A stretch of 64,000 nt of DNA, from positions 896,001 to 960,000 of the forward strand of contig OZ255726.1 in the NCBI GenBank assembly GCA_965277405.1, in the 5' to 3' direction. Under the pieces are notes generated by a model that was not told the origin of the DNA, ran no database searches, and was given only the letters and a program-made list of their open reading frames with translations. This document shows, in pieces, positions 10,288 through 22,279 of this stretch. Position numbers and translations under genes: made by a program. How positions within the stretch are numbered: position 1 is the stretch's first letter; each line of letters starts with the position of its first letter. The stretch is from Gammaproteobacteria bacterium (lineage in GTDB: Bacteria; Pseudomonadota; Gammaproteobacteria; G965277405).

Positions 10288-11198
10288 ATGGCTTTATTTG
10301 TGTAGACAAACCACAAGGATGCACCTCAAGCCAAGTAGTCGTCAAAATTAAGCGCTTGTTACGCAATTTTGACCCCATCCAACACCGAAAAATAAAAGTC
10401 GGCCACACTGGGACGCTTGACCCCATGGCAACTGGCGTGTTACTAGTGGCAATTGGCAAAGCCACCGTGCTCAGTGATTTTTTTTTGCATGGCGAGAAAA
10501 CCTATCGAGCGATACTGCAGCTAGGTTGCGCAACAACGACTGGAGACAGCGAGGGCGCAGTCATGCAGCGACAAATAATACCGCCGTACGATCTGCAAAT
10601 ACTCCAAAATATCGCGCAACAACTGCAAGGGACACAACAGCAAATTCCGCCGATGTATTCGGCCTTAAAACATAATGGCAAGCCGCTGTATGTATACGCA
10701 CGAGCAGGTGAAACTATTCCTCGCAAACCTAGACAAATCACTGTACACCATCTTGAGATACAGCCAGGGGTGAATACACACACCATAGCCATTACCGTGC
10801 ATTGTTCAGGGGGAACCTATGTGCGGGCATTGGCAGAAACCATTGCGCATAATATTGGCACATGTGGTCATTTAACGGCATTGCGGCGTATTAAAAGCGG
10901 TAATATTAGTATCAAGCAAGCATATTCAATTGATTATGTCGCCAAGCAAATTGCAGCGGGAATGGTGGATGACTTGCTGATGCCGATGAATATAATTACA
11001 CAATACATCCCTTGTATTAAAGCGGATAAACACCAGTTAGCACCAATTGCAAAAGGGCAGGCGATTACCATTCCAAATAAAATATCGCATGGTAGAGTAG
11101 CGCTGATTTTGCAACCAGAGAACGAAGTGGTTGCGTTATGTGACAACAAGGCGGATGGGATTTTTCCCAAACGCCTACTTCAACCGGAATTGCTGTAA
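10284..11198 (+). CDS. truB: tRNA pseudouridine-55 synthase
   Basis: DKPQG, KVGHTGTLDPMATGVL, QIPPMYSALK, CSGGTYVR. Confidence 0.96.
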   Translation: MNGFICVDKPQGCTSSQVVVKIKRLLRNFDPIQHRKIKVGHTGTLDPMATGVLLVAIGKATVLSDFFLHGEKTYRAILQLGCATTTGDSEGAVMQRQIIPPYDLQILQNIAQQLQGTQQQIPPMYSALKHNGKPLYVYARAGETIPRKPRQITVHHLEIQPGVNTHTIAITVHCSGGTYVRALAETIAHNIGTCGHLTALRRIKSGNISIKQAYSIDYVAKQIAAGMVDDLLMPMNIITQYIPCIKADKHQLAPIAKGQAITIPNKISHGRVALILQPENEVVALCDNKADGIFPKRLLQPELL

Positions 11199-11248
11199 AT
11201 ATGCATGGTAATGATGGTTTTTTTGGAAAGCATATTTAGGAGATAACA

Positions 11249-11518
11249 ATGGCACTTTCGTTTGAAGAAAAACGCGAAATTGTTGAACAATACGGTAAAA
11301 CCGCAACAGATACTGGCTCGTCCAAAGTGCAAATAGCTTTGCTAACTGCAGACATTAATAAACTGCAGGACCATTTTAAAAGACAAGGCAAAGATCACCA
11401 TTCTCGTCGTGGACTGATTCGCAAAGTAAATCAAAGACGAAAACTACTGCAATACCTGAAAAACTCAAGCATCCAAGCGTATGGCGAAATTATCCGCGCA
11501 CTTGGACTACGCCGCTAG
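11249..11518 (+). CDS. rpsO: 30S ribosomal protein S15
   Basis: [25 protein letters not shown]; AGGAG RBS. Confidence 0.97.
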   Translation: MALSFEEKREIVEQYGKTATDTGSSKVQIALLTADINKLQDHFKRQGKDHHSRRGLIRKVNQRRKLLQYLKNSSIQAYGEIIRALGLRR

Positions 11519-11528
11519 GACATACAAC

Positions 11529-13628
11529 ATGACTCAAAATTCAATTAATTTTAATACCCAAACTGTCTCTTTTGCATTTGGTGACCAAACAATTTCTCTT
11601 GAAACCGGCAGAATTGCACGTCAAGCAAGCGGGGCCGTGCTGGCAACAATGGGTGGAACTGCAATATTGGCAACAACAGTTGTTTCCAAACGCGAAAGCC
11701 GTTTTGACTTTTTCCCGTTGACGGTGAATTATCAAGAAAAAATCTATTCTGCTGGAAAAATTCCAGGTGGTTTTTTCAAACGCGAAGGACGTCCAAGCGA
11801 AAAAGAAACGTTGACATCACGGTTGATTGACCGCCCAATTCGTCCATTGTTTCCAAGCGGATACATGCAAGAAGTGCAAGTCGTTTGTACAGTGATGTCT
11901 GCGGACAAAAACACCAATCCTGATATATTAGCGATGATTGCCGCCTCTGCGAGTTTGTGTATTTCAGGCGCTCCTTTTCAAGGCCCGATCGGCGCTGCGC
12001 GGGTCGGTGTTGGTGGTGATGGTTCGTATATTCTGAACCCATCATATGATGACATGGGTAAGTCATCGTTGGATATGGTCGTGGCAGGCAGCCAAGATGC
12101 AATTTTAATGGTCGAATCTGAAGCCAGCGAACTTGGCGAAGAACATATGCTTGAGGCAGTGATGTTTGCCCATGAACAAATGCAAACTGCAATAGCCGCA
12201 ATACAGGAATTGGTTGTCAAAGTTGGTAACCCCTCAAGTAAATGGGAAGCGCCAGCAACAGACGCAGCATTGGTTGATGGCGTAACTGCCAAGTTTGCAG
12301 AAAAAATTGCAGCTGCATATACCACCAGCGACAAACAGCAACGTAGCGAGCAACTCGATACAATTCGCCAACAAATTCATAGCGAATTTGACACAGAAGA
12401 CAGCAGCAACGCTGGTGAAATTGACTTGATTATAAAGTCAATTGAAAAGTCATCAGTGCGCCAGCGTTTGATTCGAGGCGAGCCACGGATTGACGGACGA
12501 GATTTAAAAACAGTTCGACCGATTGCCATTGAAATTGGTGTGCTACCGAATACACACGGCAGCGCATTGTTTACCCGTGGTGAAACACAGGCAATTGTTG
12601 TCAGTACGCTCGGTCCTGTAAAAAGCGCACAAATTATTGATGCGCTTGAAGGTGAATACCGTGATGGATTTATGTTGCATTATAATTTTCCGCCATTTTG
12701 CGTTGGTGAAACAGGAATGATGGTTGGACCCAAGCGCCGTGAGATTGGTCATGGACGGTTAGCAAGAAGAGGTATTGCTGCGGTGTTGCCACCACAAGAG
12801 CAATTTCCATATACGATTCGTGTGGTTTCTGAAATTACTGAATCGAATGGTTCAAGTTCTATGGCAAGTATTTGCGGCACCAGTCTTTCATTAATGGATG
12901 CTGGTGTGCCAATTAAAGCCGCAGTTGCTGGGGTGGCGATGGGATTAGTAAAAGAGGCTGAAGGACATGCAATTATTACCGACATCCTCGGTGATGAAGA
13001 TCACTTAGGCGATATGGACTTTAAAGTTGCCGGAACTGAAAAAGGTGTGACTGCGCTGCAAATGGATATTAAAATTAGCGGAATTACTCGAGAAATTATG
13101 GAAGAAGCGTTGACACAGGCGCGTGAAGGACGCTTACATATTCTTGGTGAAATGAACAAAGTCATTACCAAATCACGGGATCAGCTTGCTGCGTCTGCGC
13201 CAACATTGCTGACATTAAAAATCAAGCAAGATAAAATTCGTGATGTTATTGGTAAAGGTGGTGCAGTAATCAGACAAATGATAGAAGATAGCGGTGCGAC
13301 AATTGATATAGCTGATGACGGTATGGTGCAAGTGTATGGAGAAGGTCGTGATTCAGCAGAAGCTGCGATTCAAATGGTCAAAGACATAGTTGCAGAAGCT
13401 GAAGTAGGGCAACAAATTACAGGTACAGTCCGCTCGATTGTTGATTTTGGCGCATTCGTTAACATTCTGCCAAACACTGATGGCTTGCTGCATATTTCTG
13501 AAGTATCAAAACGACGTATCCAAAATGTCAATGAATTCTTAAAAGAAGGACAGAAAATTGAGGTAATTGTCAAAGAAGTTGACCCGCGCGGGCGTATTAA
13601 GCTCAGTTTAGTGAATATTTTTGACTAA
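11529..13628 (+). CDS. pnp: Polyribonucleotide nucleotidyltransferase
   Basis: [45 protein letters not shown] and S1 domains. Confidence 0.98.
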   Translation: MTQNSINFNTQTVSFAFGDQTISLETGRIARQASGAVLATMGGTAILATTVVSKRESRFDFFPLTVNYQEKIYSAGKIPGGFFKREGRPSEKETLTSRLIDRPIRPLFPSGYMQEVQVVCTVMSADKNTNPDILAMIAASASLCISGAPFQGPIGAARVGVGGDGSYILNPSYDDMGKSSLDMVVAGSQDAILMVESEASELGEEHMLEAVMFAHEQMQTAIAAIQELVVKVGNPSSKWEAPATDAALVDGVTAKFAEKIAAAYTTSDKQQRSEQLDTIRQQIHSEFDTEDSSNAGEIDLIIKSIEKSSVRQRLIRGEPRIDGRDLKTVRPIAIEIGVLPNTHGSALFTRGETQAIVVSTLGPVKSAQIIDALEGEYRDGFMLHYNFPPFCVGETGMMVGPKRREIGHGRLARRGIAAVLPPQEQFPYTIRVVSEITESNGSSSMASICGTSLSLMDAGVPIKAAVAGVAMGLVKEAEGHAIITDILGDEDHLGDMDFKVAGTEKGVTALQMDIKISGITREIMEEALTQAREGRLHILGEMNKVITKSRDQLAASAPTLLTLKIKQDKIRDVIGKGGAVIRQMIEDSGATIDIADDGMVQVYGEGRDSAEAAIQMVKDIVAEAEVGQQITGTVRSIVDFGAFVNILPNTDGLLHISEVSKRRIQNVNEFLKEGQKIEVIVKEVDPRGRIKLSLVNIFD

Positions 13629-13914
13629 GGAACCTCTGATTAATTCCATGATGGGCGAGACGGAGAAAAAACGCTGATGAAACTTAAGCGCAGTGCGCAG
13701 ATAATACTGGTGGTATTATCAAGTGCTGCAACGACGTTAGCGCAGCGTTTTTTTTCCGTCCTTCTATTGAATATATGATGGTTTGCCTACAAGCGGTACT
13801 TGCTGTGTTGCATCCCTTGGCGTATATGCTACGGCATGCGCCTACGGAATGCGCCTTGCAATCATCAGCAATTGCAGGCAAACTCGCTCCATCAGCAAGT
13901 TAATCAGAGGTTCC
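13629..13914 (+). mobile_element. MITE, full copy, inserted at the pnp stop (TSD CTAA/CGAA)
   Basis: GGAACCTCTGATTAA...TTAATCAGAGGTTCC; the left TSD contains the pnp TAA. Confidence 0.92.
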
Positions 13915-14017
13915 CGAAGCATTGCTATGGTTCACATTGACAGGATGGAATAAACTAGCAGTCATACATAAACTCACTTATCAAAGGGCTGTAATGTTGG
14001 GGGTAGTCACTTTTTTT

Positions 14018-14284
14018 ATGAAGGAAAAACAAAAAAACAAACAATTAATTCAGCCGTTTCTGCAGCAACGGTTTGAAGAATTTTTCGCAGCACTTGGTGA
14101 TGAGAAAATGCCGAGTCTGTATACAACAGTCATGCGCCAATGTGAAATTCCTCTGATTCGCGCCGCACTCAAACATTGTAATGATAATAAATCAAAAACT
14201 GCTTGTTTGCTTTCTGTCAGCCGAGTAACGCTGCGCAATAAAATGCATAAATACAGTATTGAAAGCAGCGCAAATAGCTCATAG
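14018..14284 (+). CDS. fis: Fis-like DNA-binding protein
   Basis: LY..VM...E.PLI...L.....N..K.A.LL...R.TLR.K...Y HTH_8 pattern. Confidence 0.8.
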   Translation: MKEKQKNKQLIQPFLQQRFEEFFAALGDEKMPSLYTTVMRQCEIPLIRAALKHCNDNKSKTACLLSVSRVTLRNKMHKYSIESSANSS

Positions 14285-14288
14285 GCAT

Positions 14289-14334
14289 GGAAACTCTGAT
14301 TAAGTCGCTCCATGATGGGAAAATCAGAGTTTGC
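14289..14334. repeat. 46-bp minimal MITE derivative (two TIRs forming a hairpin)
   Basis: GGAAACTCTGATT-AAGTCGCTCCATGATGGGAA-AATCAGAGTTTGC; the loop joins subterminal sequence from both ends of the element. Confidence 0.7.
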
Positions 14335-14336
14335 GT

Positions 14337-15674
14337 ATGAATACCAACCAATTTGACATCATAGTTATTGGCGCAGGATCAGCAGGCGTACGCGCTGCGC
14401 GTGTTGCCGCAGCACTAGGGCGGTCTGTTGCTATTGTAGAAGCAGATAAAGTTGGTGGCACCTGCGTCAACGTTGGCTGTATTCCCAAAAAATTCTACGC
14501 ATACGCTGGTGCTTTTCGGCACGACCTCGCCGTTATGCAAGGATATGGCTGGGATACAACTGCGTCATTTAGTTGGGATAGGCTGCGCGAGAATAAGACC
14601 AATGAAATCACGCGGTTGAATGGCATCTATAACAACATGCTCAAAGATGTAACGTTGCTGCATGGCTTGGCAACATGTGTTGATGCGCACACCATTAGTG
14701 TCGCTGGCAACCAATATTCCGCGAAATATATTATTATTGCAACTGGTGGAACACCATTCGTCCCGCAATTTCCAGGCAACGGCCTAGTTGAAACCTCAGA
14801 CACTATTTTTGATATTGGCGCATTACCCAAAAAAATCATTGTTGTCGGCGGCGGGTATATTGCCGCAGAATTTGCCAGTATTTTTAATGGTTTAGGCTGT
14901 GAAACCACATTGTTATACCGTGGTAAGCAAATATTTAGGGGCTTCGATAGCCAAATAGCACGGTTCACTCAACAACAAATGATAGAACACGGAATCGACA
15001 TCCGCTTACACAGCGTTGTTGCTGCCATCAAGCAAAATGATGCCAGCTTACAGGTAGTCGTAGCTGATAAAACCATCAACGCTGATATCGTGTTACATGC
15101 CACAGGTCGCTCAGCAAATACGGCAAAACTTGCATTGGAGAATGCCGGGGTGCTGCTGAACGACAATGGCAGTATTCCTGTCGATGAGCATTACCGCACC
15201 AATCAAAGCCATATCTACGCTATTGGCGATATTCTTTCCCATTTGCAGCTTACACCAGTTGCAATTAAACAGGCGATGCACGTTATCAGCCATATAACTA
15301 ACCAAACAACGCATCCGCTTGACTATGCAACTATACCTACAGCCGTGTTCTGTACGCCGAATATTGGCACTGTTGGTCTCGGTGAAGAAGATGCAATCAA
15401 GCGGTATGGCAGTGCAGACATTGAGATTTTTTTCAGTAATTTTCGCGCGCTAAAAATCACCATGTCCGCTGCGACTGACAAAACAATGACTAAATTGGTT
15501 GTGCAAAAATCCACACAGAAAATACTGGGAATTCATATGGCTGGTGACCATGCTGGTGAGGTTATTCAAGGGTTTGCGGTGGCGGTGCAAATGGGAGTTA
15601 GCAAACAACAGCTCGACGCAACAGTGGGCATCCACCCGACCACTGCAGAAGAATTTGTTACAATGCGCAACTAA
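14337..15674 (+). CDS. gor: Glutathione-disulfide reductase
   Basis: GAGSAG, GGTCVNVGCIPKK, GGGYIA, LTPVA, IHPTTAEEFVTMR. Confidence 0.96.
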   Translation: MNTNQFDIIVIGAGSAGVRAARVAAALGRSVAIVEADKVGGTCVNVGCIPKKFYAYAGAFRHDLAVMQGYGWDTTASFSWDRLRENKTNEITRLNGIYNNMLKDVTLLHGLATCVDAHTISVAGNQYSAKYIIIATGGTPFVPQFPGNGLVETSDTIFDIGALPKKIIVVGGGYIAAEFASIFNGLGCETTLLYRGKQIFRGFDSQIARFTQQQMIEHGIDIRLHSVVAAIKQNDASLQVVVADKTINADIVLHATGRSANTAKLALENAGVLLNDNGSIPVDEHYRTNQSHIYAIGDILSHLQLTPVAIKQAMHVISHITNQTTHPLDYATIPTAVFCTPNIGTVGLGEEDAIKRYGSADIEIFFSNFRALKITMSAATDKTMTKLVVQKSTQKILGIHMAGDHAGEVIQGFAVAVQMGVSKQQLDATVGIHPTTAEEFVTMRN

Positions 15675-16558
15675 TGCGTGGTTTGTATTTACTGGCACCT
15701 GCAAAATTAAATTTATTTCTCCATGTGTTTGCACCACGTAGTGATGGCTATCATCCGTTACATACGTATTTTCAATATATTGGGTTATTCGATGAACTGT
15801 ATTTTGCTATACTACCAACCACACGTTTGCAGCCACAAATAACGATAACTATGCAAGGATGTGGTACGGCAATACAAAATAATATCATCAACCAAGCTGC
15901 GCAATTGTTGTATGCCTACATTACAACACCCAAGCCAAATATTCACGTTGCCGTTTGCAAACATATCCCAATTGGCGCAGGGCTAGGCGGTGGTAGTAGT
16001 AACGCGGCAACGACACTCCATGCGTTAAATATGTTGTGGAAATTGCAATTGCCGCAACAACAAATACAAGAATTATCACTCGAACTTGGCGCAGACCTGC
16101 CGTTTTTTGTCAAAGGAGAAAGTGGCTTTGCTAGCGGAATTGGTGAAGTCATGACAGCGTATGCATATCCAGATTTGTATTGTGTAGTGGTTTTGAGTGG
16201 AATTCATTGCGTTACAAGTGCAGTGTTTTTGCATAAACAATTGACAACCAAAAAGCAGATGACAACAATACCGCCCGCCTATCAAGAGCTAACTATCAAT
16301 GAGGTGGTTGGACTGGGAAACGATTGTATTGACGCAGCGTTTGCTGAATATCCAAAGCTCAAACAGGTATACAGTATAATCAGCAACTATGGTCAGTTTG
16401 CAATGACTGGAACAGGCTCCACGTTTTTTGCAGTATACCAAAGCAAACAACAAGCGATGCAGCTGGCAAAGCGAATATGCGATGAGCGTGCACTCAACGC
16501 AATAGTAGTACCAAGTATTGCACGATGGCACACGTATTGGGGTGTAGCCAAGTGGTAA
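15674..16558 (+). CDS. ispE: 4-diphosphocytidyl-2-C-methyl-D-erythritol kinase
   Basis: APAKLNLFL, KHIPIGAGLGGGSSNAA, LGADLPFF, MTGTGS. Confidence 0.95.
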   Translation: MRGLYLLAPAKLNLFLHVFAPRSDGYHPLHTYFQYIGLFDELYFAILPTTRLQPQITITMQGCGTAIQNNIINQAAQLLYAYITTPKPNIHVAVCKHIPIGAGLGGGSSNAATTLHALNMLWKLQLPQQQIQELSLELGADLPFFVKGESGFASGIGEVMTAYAYPDLYCVVVLSGIHCVTSAVFLHKQLTTKKQMTTIPPAYQELTINEVVGLGNDCIDAAFAEYPKLKQVYSIISNYGQFAMTGTGSTFFAVYQSKQQAMQLAKRICDERALNAIVVPSIARWHTYWGVAKW

Positions 16559-16612
16559 GGCAGCGGGTTTTGATCCCGCCATGCGGAGGTTCGAATCCTC
16601 CCACCCCAGCCA
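16538..16612 (+). tRNA. tRNA-Gln(TTG)
   Basis: TGGGGTG acceptor, GCGGG-TTTTGAT-CCCGC anticodon arm, GGTTCGAATCC, CCA end; overlaps the last 21 bp of ispE. Confidence 0.96.
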
Positions 16613-16728
16613 ATTTAATAATGACTGCTTCACACTGAACTCTGTATCAAAAAGGACGCGCATTGACATTGATCAAGCGCAACTCAAACTTAATAATGGC
16701 TGCTGCGCTCACTGCATAAGTTCCCTAG

Positions 16729-17013
16729 GGAAGCTCTGATTAACTCGCTGATGGAGCGAGTTTGCCTGCAATTGCTGATGATTGCAAGGCGCATTTCGCA
16801 GGCGTATGCCGTAGCATATACGCCAAGGGATGCAACACAGCAAGTACCGCTTGTAGGCAAACCATCATATATTCAATAGAAGGACGGGAAAAAACGCTGC
16901 GCTAACGTCGTTACAGCACTTGATAATACCACCAGTGTTATCTGCGCACTGCGTCTAGTTATCATCAGCGTTTTTTCTCCGTCTCGCCCATCATGGACTT
17001 AATCAGAGCTTCC
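16729..17013 (-). mobile_element. MITE, full copy, reverse orientation, flanks CTAG/TTTG
   Basis: Reverse complement of the 13629 copy with intact TIRs. Confidence 0.92.
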
Positions 17014-17513
17014 TTTGTTAAGGCGCGAGCAGTTTACTGGCGACCACTGACTTGCATAGATTGTAAAGTTTTTTATCATATCTTCCAGTCTGTCGCCTGC
17101 ATTGCTGCTGCTTTTAATTGATCTCTATGTTTTGCGTGATTTACCTCTGTATTCGATCTTTTTTTTATACTGAACATGGATACACTTGCGTATCTGTCCC
17201 AGCTGGGGCATGTTATACACCCTGATTTTGGTCTCGGCCTGCATCAAGGTCACAGATGTGAGCGTTGATTGTAACGCCTGCATAAATTTGGTATCGTTGC
17301 GCTGCAGTCAGTCTGCTAGATGTCTTTGGCATGGTGATTTCACATTGGCTGAATGACCGTGAGATCCACTCACTGACCGTCAACATTCAATGTGTCGCGC
17401 TAGCGATTGAAGTCTACGTTTGCATGAAATAATCTAATTGCGTTGTTAATACTGTCAACACATCAGCTATTTCGTGAGAATGTAAGTATAACTACTTTGT
17501 CTAAGGAGGGATA

Positions 17514-19445
17514 ATGAGTAAAAAAGCAATTCCTAATGCTACAAAAGAGCGAGCATTAATCAACCCAGCGCAATATCAACAAATGTATGATGAATCTATT
17601 CAGGATCCTGAAGCATTTTGGCATAAACAAGGTAGGCGCATAGATTGGATAACACCATATACGCAAACCAAAACAACATCATTTGCACAAGATAATGTGT
17701 CGATTGAATGGTACCGCGATGGTGGATTAAACGTTGCAGCGAATTGCCTAGATAGGCATTTAGAGCAACGCGGTGATCAAGTTGCAATTATATGGGAAGG
17801 CGATAACTCCCAAGAAAAACGCACAATAACATACACTGAATTACACCATCTTGTCTGCCAATGTGGCAATGCACTGCAGCGGATGGGGGTCGCTAAAGGT
17901 GACGTTGTAACAATATATATGCCAATGATCCCAGAGGCAGCAATAGCCATGCTTGCATGTGCCAGAATTGGCGCGGTGCATTCTGTCATCTTTGCTGGGT
18001 TTTCTCCAGAAGCGATTGCCGGAAGAGTGGAAAATAGCGCGTCTACACTCATTATCACCGCGGATAGCGGCCCACGAGCTGGTAAGCAAACACCACTCAA
18101 AGCAAATGTTGATACAGCTATAGCAAAACTCGGGTTTGCTGTGCAAACCCTGGTGGTTAAGCGCTCAGGAGAACCCGTTGCTTGGGATGATACGCGTGAT
18201 CATTGGTGGCACGACATGCTGGACTCTGCCGACTGCCCGCCTGTAGAAATGAACGCAGAAGACCCTTTATTTATTTTGTATACTTCTGGATCTACTGGAG
18301 CACCCAAAGGACTAACGCATACATCGGGCGGTTATTTGGTCTACGCATCGATTACATATGAATATATTTTTGACTACCACCCGGGTGACATTTTTTGGTG
18401 CAGCGCCGATGTTGGATGGATAACTGGGCATTCATATATAGTGTATGGACCGCTTGCCAATGGTGCGACGACAGTGATGTTTGAAGGTGTACCGACATAT
18501 CCTGACACCAGTCGTTGGGGGCAAATTATTGAACAATACGGCGTAACAGTTTTTTATACGGCGCCGACAGCCATTCGCGCGTTAATGGCAGATGGAGATA
18601 ATGTATTAGGCAACAGCGATTTATCTTCATTAAAATTATTAGGCACCGTTGGTGAACCAATAAACCCAGAAGCATGGGAATGGTATAGCCGAGTTTTTGG
18701 CAATGGCAAGTTAGCAATTGTAGACACTTGGTGGCAAACAGAAACTGGCGCCGCGCTAATATCACCTCTTCCTGGGGCAATCGAAGCCAAACCTGGGTCG
18801 GCAACGAAGCCGTTTTTTGGCATTCAACCTGCATTAGTCGACGCAGATGGGGTGATTTTGGAGGGTGCTGCGGCTGGAAATTTAGTGCTGCTCGATTCTT
18901 GGCCAGGTCAAGCCCGCAGCATTTGGGGAGACCACCCACGCTTTGTGGCCACATATTTTTCAACATATGCGGGTAAATATTTTACCAGCGATGGCGCGCG
19001 TCGCGACGAAGACGGGTATTATTGGATTACTGGTCGCGTCGACGATGTTATGAATATATCTGGTCATCGGCTTGGCACAGCAGAAGTCGAGAGTGCGCTG
19101 GTGGCGCACCCGCTCGTTGTCGAGGCGGCGGTTGTTGGTTTTCACCACGATATTAAGGGTCAAGCAATTTATGCATACGTTACGCTCAAGCACGGAGTAG
19201 CAGATACGGACGCCCTCAATGCCGAGTTGAAGCAGTGGGTGCGCCAAGAGATTGGTGCTATCGCCACACCAGAGACTATTCAATGGGCACCAGGGCTGCC
19301 CAAAACCCGCTCTGGAAAAATTATGCGCAGGATATTGCGTCAAATTGCTAAAAATGAATATGAGCAACTTGGAGATATCAGCACACTCGCAGATACAAGT
19401 GTTGTCAGCAGCTTAATTGCAGAACATAAATACATCAGCGGCTAA
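17514..19445 (+). CDS. acs: Acetyl-CoA synthetase
   Basis: [35 protein letters not shown]; AAGGAGG RBS. Confidence 0.97.
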   Translation: MSKKAIPNATKERALINPAQYQQMYDESIQDPEAFWHKQGRRIDWITPYTQTKTTSFAQDNVSIEWYRDGGLNVAANCLDRHLEQRGDQVAIIWEGDNSQEKRTITYTELHHLVCQCGNALQRMGVAKGDVVTIYMPMIPEAAIAMLACARIGAVHSVIFAGFSPEAIAGRVENSASTLIITADSGPRAGKQTPLKANVDTAIAKLGFAVQTLVVKRSGEPVAWDDTRDHWWHDMLDSADCPPVEMNAEDPLFILYTSGSTGAPKGLTHTSGGYLVYASITYEYIFDYHPGDIFWCSADVGWITGHSYIVYGPLANGATTVMFEGVPTYPDTSRWGQIIEQYGVTVFYTAPTAIRALMADGDNVLGNSDLSSLKLLGTVGEPINPEAWEWYSRVFGNGKLAIVDTWWQTETGAALISPLPGAIEAKPGSATKPFFGIQPALVDADGVILEGAAAGNLVLLDSWPGQARSIWGDHPRFVATYFSTYAGKYFTSDGARRDEDGYYWITGRVDDVMNISGHRLGTAEVESALVAHPLVVEAAVVGFHHDIKGQAIYAYVTLKHGVADTDALNAELKQWVRQEIGAIATPETIQWAPGLPKTRSGKIMRRILRQIAKNEYEQLGDISTLADTSVVSSLIAEHKYISG

Positions 19446-20330
19446 CAGCAATCTTAGCAATTGCCCTAAGCGTTTGTATAAACCTTGCTGCTTTTCCGTT
19501 TGTCTGCGGCCTGTATGGTTTGGTAAAAACGTGCTTGATTTGACAAGCATCAAGATATCGATTTACGAACTTTGGTCGATATGCAGGACCGTTGCCTGTC
19601 ATCAGCCGTTGCACCGCTATTCCCAAAGATGAAAAATGCTCCAATGATCGGTGCATAAACCCCTGAGTCGTTGCCTTTTTCTCATTAGGAAGCACCGCCA
19701 CAAACGCCCATCGACTATGGTCATCAATACCAACATGGACGCACTCAATACCATGGCCTGTATTTGCTGTTGCAGGAGCACCAAATTTATGCCCAGGTGG
19801 AGTAAAACGTTGCAGTTTCTTGATGTCCAGATGCAGCATGTCGCCAGGGTGCTCATATCAATGCGCTTTTTCTCTTGTTAAGGTCTTTTTTGTAAGGCAC
19901 AGCCGTCTCAAAATTTTGGTGACAGTGGCGTATGCCAATTGCAAATACTTGGCAATGCTCCGTGCATTCATTTGTGACTCTAAATAGAGTTTTTGGATGC
20001 GTTGAGCCAAGATCTCAGCGAGTTTAGCTGGGTTTGAAATTGGCCTGCTGGAAAGATATTGTACAGTGCAGATGTTCCACCTGATGTATAGCGTCTGCGC
20101 CACTTGTAAACAGTTAGTAGCGTAATAGTAGCGAAATGGCAAAATCGTTGGCTACGCGATTCACAGGGTGCTTGTCGACAAGCACCCTGTGAACCATAAC
20201 TTCTCGACTATGAAACGTTGTTTTGGCACAATGATGTGGGTTGTTCATGCTGTACTCCTTTGTTTAGTAACTAATACAGTACCAGCTTGTTAGTTAGCTG
20301 ATGTGTGAACACACCTCCGTAGCATTTACA
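19446..20330 (-). mobile_element. IS481-family element, degenerate (frameshifted transposase, 3' truncated)
   Basis: LHLDIKKL, IDDHSR, TGNG (normally TDNG), KPYRPQTNGKAARFIQT (normally KAERF); ATG at 20248 with AAGGAG; TGT-starting end at 20330. Confidence 0.88.
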
Positions 20331-21295
20331 CTTAATAAGGTATAATGTTTCTTTTCCTGAGATAATTCGATACGAGGAACTGATTTCACCCAAGCTAGAA
20401 TGTTCAGCACCCTGTCGCCTGTAAGCGCAGTACCCCAAAATCAGCCAATTCGCCATATCAAGAAAATGGTCGATGTGGCGTTGTAGGAAGTGAAAAGCTT
20501 CCACATGAAAGACGACGATGACCACAATTATGGCAGCAGCAACAAACGGATTGATGTTAAAGGCAAGAAACGCCACCGCGCTACCCACCAATCTACCACA
20601 GATCCCGAAGCGCGCTTTGGCAAGAAAAGCCAAGCCCAAGCGGCAATACCGTGTTACGTGGGCAATATTATGATTGAGAACCGCAATGGTTTGGTGGTAG
20701 ATGCACATAGCAAACAGTTCAGCGGCACCGCTGCAACCGATGCTGCGATACCGATGCTGCGATAGAAATGCTTGCCAATATTCCAAGAAATCGCCAAGTG
20801 ACATTGGCAGCGGACAAGAAATACGACACCAAAGTCCTTGTCAAGCAATGCCAAGCAATGCCAAGCAATGCCGTGAATTGAGCGTAACGCCCCACGTTGC
20901 GCAAAACACAGCAAAACGAAGTTCATCAATAGATCAACGAACGACGAGACACCCCGGGTATCAAACCAGCCAAAAAGTACGCAAACGCATACAAGAAGTC
21001 TTTGGCTGGGCTAAGACTATTGGCGGACTTCACAAAGGAAAGTATGTGGTAATAGCAAAGTGAACCATCAATTTGTATTCACCATGGCCGCGTATCACTT
21101 GGTACGCATGCGCAATCTTGGTGCTGTATCATGCTGATTTGCAACGACAGCGGACAGCCACGCCCAACAATTGGAAACGTGGTAGTTTCACACGGAATAC
21201 CACCAAAATCCTCCCTAATAACAGCTGCTGTGCGCAAAAAAATCAATTTTGGCAGTCTTGAGGCTTATTTTATATGATAAATTTTTAACAGCCTG
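20331..21295 (+). mobile_element. IS5/IS1182-type element remnant (internally deleted, frameshifted)
   Basis: N-terminal RGTD..QARMFS..SP...VP...PIR..K.MVD.AL at 20370; TH.STTDPEAR, ENRNGLVV, ADKKYD, RKRI.E.FGWAKT fragments; right end TTTTAACAGCCTG|TTAA. Confidence 0.85.
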
Positions 21296-21549
21296 TTAAG
21301 ATCAACCAAACAGACAGATATTTTATTCTTCTGCATCAATAGTGATGCAAACTGAAAGTACCCCAAAGACATATTGGCACCACTTCCATGAAAAAAAACT
21401 AGTGTTTTACCATTGTCGCTATTCGCTGCATAATAGCGAATATGAATATATTCCTTATCGTATTTTGATTGAACAAACAGGGGTTGGCTTGAAACTAGCT
21501 TTATGGCTTCTAATTTGTTAATAAAGTTATAAAATTTAACATATGACAA
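21296..21549 (-). pseudogene. Alpha/beta hydrolase N-terminal fragment truncated by the IS end
   Basis: TLVFFHGSG...VCLVDL, after which the frame runs into the IS terminal repeat. Confidence 0.7.
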
Positions 21550-22176
21550 CTAGTCTTCTGTAGCTATTTTCTTAACTACGTCAAGCATTGACTGTATTCT
21601 TAATTTATTAGAATTATCTGTAGTCCTTAGCAAATCCTCAAGTTTTTCAATAATATAATTAAAATCTGATTTTGCTAATCCTCCTTGCCCAAGGAAATCG
21701 GGAATGTTTTTGTTGATTATCGCCCGTTCGAATCTTGCTGCCAAGTTGTTAGGATTTTGAGAAACAGCTTTAGCCATCATTCTAGTTGCACTCCTTAAAT
21801 ACGAGTAGGCAGTACCTAAATTTTTCTCTTGCCCAGCTCGTAAAACTAGTAATCCACCATTTACGACTTGTATTAATGGATCTTTATACAATTCATGTAA
21901 TTTTTCGATTAACTTCGCCCCTTGTTCAAACTCGAGTATCTGGTTCTCTTTTTGTTGACCGATAAAAATAAATATTAACATTGATAGCTCTTGAGCCTCT
22001 AGCAGCGTGAGCTTATTGATATCTTTTTTATTCAATTAGTGAAATAGGTCATGCCTTTGATCCATTTCTACTGGTATTTTAATTAGTAAAACTAAGTTAT
22101 CATTAGACTGTACCTTTTGTATAGAAATAAAACACGTCAAACAAACGAAAATCAGTAAACTAGTCAATTTTTTCAT
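21550..22176 (-). pseudogene. AT-rich secreted helical (TPR-like) protein with an in-frame TAA at codon 47
   Basis: GGAGAG RBS and signal peptide MKKLTSLLIFVCL at 22176, in frame with ORF 21550..22035 across TAA 22036-22038. Confidence 0.6.
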
Positions 22177-22279
22177 TGTTAATCTCTCCATTGTTAATAC
22201 ATATACAAATGGTTGCTGCGTGTACTATAGAGGCATATAGTATGCCGCATGATACGCCGACACACCTAAAACATATACC

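Noticed and set aside
3687-16612. tRNAs as prophage or island attachment sites
   Set aside because: No duplicated tRNA 3' end and no integrase seen in the window
17014-17513. 500-bp spacer upstream of acs as an ncRNA or pseudogene
   Set aside because: Only a ~33-codon ORF and no recognisable motif or structure
19446-21295. Local IS remnants as the mobiliser of the MITE
   Set aside because: Their ends (TGT...; CAGGCTGTTAAAA) do not match GGAAGCTCTGATTAA, and both transposases are broken
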